Shown here piece by piece: positions 57,791 to 64,000 of a stretch of DNA of 64,000 nucleotides. Source of the DNA: Puniceicoccales bacterium (lineage in GTDB: Bacteria > Verrucomicrobiota > Verrucomicrobiia > Opitutales > LL51). The stretch is taken from assembly GCA_031270475.1 (NCBI GenBank), contig JAISXO010000018.1:105-64104 (forward strand). The letters are read 5' to 3'. Both the position numbers and the translations under genes were made by a program. The notes under the pieces are model-generated. The model was not told the origin of the DNA, made no database searches, and saw only the letters and a program-made list of their open reading frames with translations. The number at the start of each line of letters is the position of its first letter. Position 1 is the first letter of the stretch.

Positions 57791-58837
57791 ATGCGAAGTA
57801 TTGGGCTTTTGGTTAGTTGCGTTTGGTTTGGTTTTTCAGTTCGTGCTATGGATATCTCCAAGTTGAATGGTACCGTCTCAACGGATGTCAGTGGTGCTTT
57901 GTCGAGCCAGAAAGCGGATCGTCCGACATCGGTACTTTGTGCACTTTCTGCGGATATTCAACATCTATGGAACCAGCAAAAAGACGCCGTTGTAAAGGTT
58001 ATGGGAACTCAAAAGGGGAATTCGGAAAACTTATTATTTGGGACAGGATTCTTTGCGGATAAGGAGGGCAACATTTTGACGACTGCGACGATTGTAACAG
58101 AAGCTGAAAACCTATGGGTCGAGTATCAAGGGCTATCCTATGCGGCGACCGTCGTTGGAAAGGATTCCGTAACGAATATAGCTGTCATTAATCTTTTGAA
58201 GAAGCCGGAACATTTTACGCCGCTTTCACTATCTAAAAACCCATGTTTTACTGTAATTTCCGAAGGTAATATTGTGATTGCAATTGGCTGCGTACGAGGC
58301 ATGGAGCCGGCACCATTGCTAGGTCTTATCGCGGGAAAAAATATTGTTTTTGGCAACCGTGTTTTTATGACGACCTATCTTCGCGCAGATATCAGCATGT
58401 GCGGAGGCGAAAGCGGCGCTCCGGTATTTGACGGTGAGGGCAATTTGAGTGGTATTTTGATTGCATCGGTCTCCGAATTGCATTCGAGTTTCATTATTCC
58501 GAAGCATGCTTTGGCGCGCGTTTTTAACGACATTGTTCAGCACAAAAGTGTCGTCTATTGTTCGGCGGGATTCAGTGCACGTGGGCAACTATCGGAAGCG
58601 GGCGGCAAAGAAGTGATTATTTCTGCAATCGACGCGCAAAAAATTAAGTACAGCGCGGGAGAACCCTTGCAATTAGGTGATATTATTGTAAAAATCGACA
58701 CACAAAACATTATCAACGAAAGCGACATTGCCGATATTTTATTCTTTAAAAGGCCCAATGATACTCTCACTATCCATGTTATTCGCAATGGGAAAGCATT
58801 GCAAGTGGCCATTTTTCTCAGTGAAAAAGTTCTTTAG
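57791..58837 (+). CDS. HtrA/DegS-like trypsin-fold protein with PDZ domain; catalytic His and Asp apparently substituted
   Basis: Has a signal/anchor at the N-terminus. GTGFFADKEGNILTTATIV aligns to GSGVI..GYIITNKHVI (His to Thr). DSVTNIAVINL aligns to DSLTDLAVLKI (Asp to Asn). GGESGAPVF retains the Ser (GNSGGAL). The C-terminal PDZ-like region contains LQLGDIIVKIDTQNI. Confidence 0.7.
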   Translation: MRSIGLLVSCVWFGFSVRAMDISKLNGTVSTDVSGALSSQKADRPTSVLCALSADIQHLWNQQKDAVVKVMGTQKGNSENLLFGTGFFADKEGNILTTATIVTEAENLWVEYQGLSYAATVVGKDSVTNIAVINLLKKPEHFTPLSLSKNPCFTVISEGNIVIAIGCVRGMEPAPLLGLIAGKNIVFGNRVFMTTYLRADISMCGGESGAPVFDGEGNLSGILIASVSELHSSFIIPKHALARVFNDIVQHKSVVYCSAGFSARGQLSEAGGKEVIISAIDAQKIKYSAGEPLQLGDIIVKIDTQNIINESDIADILFFKRPNDTLTIHVIRNGKALQVAIFLSEKVL

Positions 58838-58890
58838 AAACCACTTGACAAAGGAAAGGGGCTATTTACCCTTTAGACCATTCAAATCAT

Positions 58891-59088
58891 ATGGAAAAGA
58901 AATTATTAATAAGTGTTATTTTTGCGTTAACAACCAGTAATATTATTTTGGCAGCAAATGATGCTCCAAAGGAAGAACCTATATTGCTTCCCCAAGAACA
59001 ACAGCAGTTCCCAGTGGAATACTCACCAGAATACCCGGAATACATAGATGAGTCAACCGAGTATTTCGATGAGTCTTTTTCCCAATAA
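58891..59088 (+). CDS. Small acidic secreted protein (hypothetical)
   Basis: 65 aa. MEKKLLISVIFALTTSNIILAAND is a signal peptide, followed by a Glu/Pro/Tyr-rich tail. Confidence 0.35.
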   Translation: MEKKLLISVIFALTTSNIILAANDAPKEEPILLPQEQQQFPVEYSPEYPEYIDESTEYFDESFSQ

Positions 59089-59561
59089 GTAAAAGTAATC
59101 GGAGTAGTATGGGACCCATGTTCCATTCTTGCGAAGGTTAAGAATGGAAGTGGTGTATTTTTAGGGAAGGAATATGTTCTTTGAAGGGGTTTACATATAT
59201 TCCTACTTTAATTGGAAGGTCCTTTTCCCTTACCTAAATCGGCTCTCATTGCTTCACTCCAATACTGTTCTTCTATATTAAGTGATCTCTCCCATTTTTC
59301 CGCTATATCTTGGCCCCAGCACAATATTGCCTGGCAACTTTTTTGCACGATATATATACCACATAGACCTATCAAGATAGTCCATACTCTAACTGTTTTT
59401 ATTGACTTTTCCATAATTTTGAAATTTCTACTAAGCTCATTTAGAAAAAACATTTGTCAAGCTTTTTTTGATATTTTTTCAAGTTTTTTCATAATTCAAT
59501 TTAACCGGCATGAGAAAACCTCTTACCTTATCGAATATAATGACAAAAATAAAGTACTGGG

Positions 59562-59633
<72 letters not shown>

Positions 59634-59864
59634 CTGCCCCCATGCCAAGAAATTTTCCTCAATTTTCAAGTGTTTATTCAATTTTCATCCACTTTCCCAA
59701 TCATCTTACTTTCGCCAAATCATCATAAAAAAACGGCAATAAGGCCTGCTGTGAAATTTTCGCTACGAACAGGGCCTATTACCATCGAATTTCTTTCCAC
59801 CACAACGAACAATCGGAAATAAATTATCAATTTTCCGCTAAACTATTGTGATTTACTCGCCAAA

Positions 59865-60953
59865 TTAGAAAATATCGGCAAATAACGTTTCCTCATTTAT
59901 CATTTCATCGGACCAGAGTGATCCATCCGTGGCCATCCGCGATAGATAACTTATAAAAATTACAAATATAAAGTTTTCCTCTCGTTTTCCATGTAGATTC
60001 GGCCATAATCGCAATACTTGTCTCAACTCATCTGGAGAAAGAATTTCCCGAACGCGGCCAAATATCTGATGGCATTCATCGATCATCTTCTTCTCGCCAT
60101 CACCGGCCTCGTGGTTTCTTCCAGAAATGAATGCTCCAATTGTTGCAATAAAACCTGATAGCTTTTTGTCTATAAGTTTTGCTACGTCTTTCGCAACAGC
60201 TGGAACTACCAGCCCCGGAGCGAAGCCTTCAGCTTGTCCTGTGGACATTTGAGCAATTATCTGCGATCGAAATTGAGATATATTCTCATTGGGCAATTGG
60301 GCAACTATTCGTTCAACTTTTGTTCGCAGCGCATCATTTATTCCGGATGCCTCATACCGTTGGTATGAATCCTCGGAATCTTCGGAATCCTCGGAATCCT
60401 CAACCTCTCGTCGTGAACTGCCAACCCTACGCCGTTGGTATAGGGCATTGGGATCCTCAATCTCTCGCTGTAAATCCGTAATTTGTTGCCGCAAAGCCTG
60501 ATTTTCTTTTTTAAGATCATCATTCTGTAAGCGGAAGTTCATGGCCGCATCCTGACCTTCTCCCCATTTGAGTGCCGTTTGGGCCTCTTGCTCTTTAAGT
60601 CGCCTCTGTAATCGTTGATTTTCATTTTCCAGCTCTGAGATTCGCTTTTGCAATGCCGCACAACTATCTCTGTATTTTCCAAATACGGGCTCCAAACTTT
60701 TCTTTAAAGCATCATAGAAAGCGAATGGCTTCGCTATTACTTTACGCCCATCGATTACTTTATCTTCTGTGTCGAGAATATCTCGGATGTTTTTTCGGAT
60801 AACATCTAAAACTTCTCTCTCCAGGAAAGAATCCTCCAAGCGAACACAACTGGATTGGGCATTTTCCTGACTAGATCCCCAAACAGAGCTATTCACATAT
60901 AAAAAACCTGTACATATAAGCACACATCTCAACGTATCGTTATTTTTTTTCAT
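59865..60953 (-). CDS. Hypothetical secreted coiled-coil protein
   Basis: 362 aa. Signal-like MKKNNDTLRCVLICTGFLYVNSSVWG, long heptad-like Gln/Glu/Arg-rich segments, and EDSEDSEDSEDS from a 9-bp repeat near 60370-60400. Confidence 0.5.
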   Translation of the reverse strand: MKKNNDTLRCVLICTGFLYVNSSVWGSSQENAQSSCVRLEDSFLEREVLDVIRKNIRDILDTEDKVIDGRKVIAKPFAFYDALKKSLEPVFGKYRDSCAALQKRISELENENQRLQRRLKEQEAQTALKWGEGQDAAMNFRLQNDDLKKENQALRQQITDLQREIEDPNALYQRRRVGSSRREVEDSEDSEDSEDSYQRYEASGINDALRTKVERIVAQLPNENISQFRSQIIAQMSTGQAEGFAPGLVVPAVAKDVAKLIDKKLSGFIATIGAFISGRNHEAGDGEKKMIDECHQIFGRVREILSPDELRQVLRLWPNLHGKREENFIFVIFISYLSRMATDGSLWSDEMINEETLFADIF

Positions 60954-61940
60954 ATAATTTTATCCTTTCAATTTGTTTCAGTAGAACTTTTCTCCTAAAA
61001 CATGACCAATGCCATTGAGGTAAAAAATCATAACTGTCAAGTCTTTTTTCAGAAAAAAATCAAATATATTTTTCGGAAAAATTTTCAAATCCCTGTGGAT
61101 ATTTTCCTCCATAACGACTCCTAGCGCTTTATTAAATAACTCGCAAAATCCAGTACAGCCCACATAAATATCCTTTGCTCGGATGTATCCCGATAAAAAA
61201 AGAGAATAATACAGACAGACAACCCTCCGACTACCTGCTCCATCCCTATGGGGTTCCTCTCCAAAGCCTAGATCTTAGCTTTTACTATCTCTAACCCTCT
61301 ATGACTTTTTTCGCAAAATTACCCCTGAGATGCTTTTATCGTCCCTGCATGAAAAGGTTTTCTCCAATTGTAACAGCAGACATATAATTAGGACATATGG
61401 CAACCATTTTGATATCAGATAAAACTTCGACCTTCAGTATGCGCAAAACAAATATCTCAATTGATACTCCTTCTATTCCATGAATTAATTTTACATATCC
61501 TGCATTAAGAAGGGTTTCTTCGGAGAGCTTCGTAAAACCTCTACCGCTTGCCGAAAATACGATCAATCGCCATCCAACTTCTTTCTTGCCCGAATCCGTA
61601 TCTAGAATTAACTCCCGCTGATAACTCATGGTATAGCCTCTTGAAAATCAAATTTCCCATCCATCACTGAGCTTGTCATTGAGCATACCTACATATGGCG
61701 AAACGACATAATCTCTCAAACTAATTTTTGCACTACCTTTTACGCCAAAAGCAGCCAGTAACCCTACTGCTATCAAGGTACAACCAATTTTTTCTTTAGA
61801 TTTTTTGTATCCATGGTTCGATACAACATCGGCAAAGTTTTAGCCCACCAAGTGTTTTTTGATTTTTTTAATGCCCGTAGATATTTCGAAATCCCCCAAC
61901 GATTCGCATTGTTTTTACCGGAGAAATCAATAGCTTCTCG

Positions 61941-64000
61941 TCATGGCTAATATCCAAAAGGGTGGTTTTGCATTGATGATCGTCATTTCCATACTGGGTA
62001 TCGTTTCTAGTTTGATCGTCGGATTTGCCTTGCTCTCTAACCTGGAAAATAAAAAAATCGCGAATACTCTGCACTCCCCAAGCCGTATTGCGAAACAAAA
62101 TGCTCTCCGCGCCCTCAACGAAGCCCTCGCTAAATTGCAGGCGGCTTCCGGTCAAGATACGGTCGCGACCGCTAAAGCCGATATCCTTGGAGCAACGGAA
62201 AATAAACATTGGGTGGGCGTCTGGAAAGTCGATAAATGTAACGAAACAATCGTAACCGATCAGGACAAAAAAAATTTCATCGCCTGGCTCGTCTCCGGTA
62301 ATTACTACGCCGAAAACGATTGCGCTACAGTGATCGATTCCGATAAATGTATCGCTATTATTGATCCAAAATATACCAATATTGATCCCGTTTACATCCA
62401 GCTCGTCGATATAACTAATGGCAATACCCATGGACAATATGCCTACTGGGTCGATGACCAGAGCCTCAAAATTCAAGGAAATGTCTACGATTTCGGCAAC
62501 TCTTTCAAGGAACTCTCTACCAAACTAGCGCGTTCCTCTAGCGCCATTGCGTATAAATTCATAAAAAAACAGTGCCAAACGAAATACGGTCTATCGGTAA
62601 TAGATGACTACGCCAACTGTCCATTTACGCAGACGTTTTTAAGCAACCATAAAAACATTCAAGGGGAAATTAGCTACACGAATCTTTTGGATTCCTCGGT
62701 TATCTCCGATGGGCAAAAGCAGTATTTGCAGCGACGCTTCCACGATTTGACCAATCTATCGTTGGGGCTACTGACGGATACGCGCAATGGAGGATTTCGG
62801 AAAAACCTGCGCTATAAGAGTAGCGATTATCTGAGTGAGATACCAAACGGGGCATTTATATTTGAGCCACCGACGACCCTTCCGGCACCACCGACGACCT
62901 GGAATTACCTAAAGAGTTTCGTCAATATCAGCAGTCCCGCAATACGGGCGACGATTCCGCTATACCGGCCGCAAGCGGGGGTAAATTACAGCGATTGCGT
63001 ATTAAATACGGCAACCGATAACGGTTACACGACGGGAACAATTACTGGGACGAATAGCGGCGACCTCGGGATCGCGACCACCTGCGGCATCTACCCCATT
63101 TGGACGGAATTTAAAAGCTATGCCAGTTTGTACTATTTGGATCGCCATAGGCCGGATAATCAGGGAGATCAAGATGCCGGTTATTACCAGTCTTTAAGAT
63201 TCCAAATTGGATTTTACTTTGAAAATCCCTACGTCTATACTCTTCCCAACGCCACAATGAAAATCGGACAATGGTCACCCTTCGTAAAAAATACCTACCT
63301 AGATAGTGGCAGTCCCGCGAGTCGCTACCAAAAACAACCTACCTTTCGCTGTAAAATTTTCTACAATGACGGAACTGCTACTGATTTCCTCTTCCAAGAC
63401 TATCCCGATAACCCAGGCAATAAAGTATTCCCCTTTTTAAGCTCTGAGCCCGAGAAATACATGCGTCCCGTTTGGGAAGGAGAGATTACAACAAAGTATT
63501 CTCATACTTTAGCCAAATACATTAAATTGAATTCAACAACATCTTACATTTACGCTGGAAGGCTCAAAAGTTTAACAATTGACGAGGGAAATAATCCGAA
63601 AAACTACGGTATCAATGATATCCGTTTCTATCAACCAAATCCACACGAAAAGGTAACGGCTACCCAATGCTGGATGGAAAGTTATCCCTCCGCAAATTCT
63701 AGTGACTGGAATGGCACTTGGCAAAATGACACAGATCCATGGACCGCATTGTGCCTGAGAAGTACGGATAGTAGTGGTAATATTGTACAACAAATTTGCG
63801 ATGTCGCCATGAATCACAACGCGCTCAATGCCGATCGCAATTTTATATGTAATAATACTTCTTCATGGTATAGTAAACAGATTCCGCTCTATCTCACCTG
63901 CGTCAGCCTCCGCCAAGATGCCTCGACCTCTTCCAATTATGGCCACCAATACACTACCAATGGAGTCGGTGTACGACCCCTAATTGAAGCGAATCCCCGT
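61941..64000 (+). CDS. Large pseudopilin-like protein (GspK/minor-pilin-like N-terminus), 3'-truncated by the window edge
   Basis: Not in the ORF track because it has no stop in the window. The frame is open from the ATG at 61941 to 64000 (about 686 codons). The N-terminus MANIQKGGFALMIVISILGIVSSLIVGFALL resembles a prepilin leader (G|F) but has no Glu at +5, as in GspK-type minor pseudopilins. Confidence 0.55.

Noticed and set aside
61640-61830. Small minus-strand lipoprotein-like reading (MDTKNLKKKLVVP / LIAVGLLAAFGVKGSAK...) upstream of ORF 61336..61629
   Set aside because: It needs a frameshift or a TTG start and yields about 43 aa with no supporting motif. The evidence is insufficient to call a gene or a pseudogene.

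Overview
This is a 64 kb, moderately AT-rich bacterial chromosomal segment with dense coding on both strands. I found no rRNA, CRISPR array, transposase or integrase. Everything below is read by eye from the sequence and the ORF track, with no database search, and several start codons are approximate.

**Housekeeping genes.** acpP-fabF, gyrB, gyrA, trmD-rplS, prmC, atpA, mpl, fbaB, fabI, rpsT, an FKBP/Mip-like PPIase, yajC, gmhA, mraY, glmS, rarA and one tRNA-Cys.

**Host-interaction-type genes interleaved with them.**
- A partial type III secretion export-gate cluster: a FliO-like gene, then prmC, then sctS, sctT and sctU. It is embedded in the trmD-rplS operon, and no sctR/fliP is present.
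- Two CesT-like class I T3S chaperones. One sits upstream of a decayed gene, the other directly upstream of two tandem GNAT acetyltransferases.
- Ankyrin-repeat proteins, a lipase-like lipoprotein with a 7-Cys run, and a eukaryotic-like kinase remnant.
- A 674-aa protein combining ankyrin-like repeats, a 12-Pro tract, a WH2-like LKKV motif and an acidic Trp patch. This layout resembles the VCA module of WASP-type actin nucleation-promoting factors.

**Structure not explained by the ORFs.**
- Three independent tandem duplications of 141-162 bp, each spanning a gene 3' end. The largest is a roughly 4-copy, in-frame 162-bp array behind mpl.
- A family of about 65-70 nt C-rich extragenic elements just downstream of at least four plus-strand genes.
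- A 73-nt cloverleaf-shaped intergenic element.
- An ECF sigma / anti-sigma / HtrA-like module whose protease appears to have lost its catalytic His and Asp.
- A long pseudopilin-like ORF (61941 to the window end) that is missing from the ORF track because it has no stop codon in the window.

The gene content suggests a host-associated bacterium, possibly of the PVC/Chlamydiae type. That is inference only.
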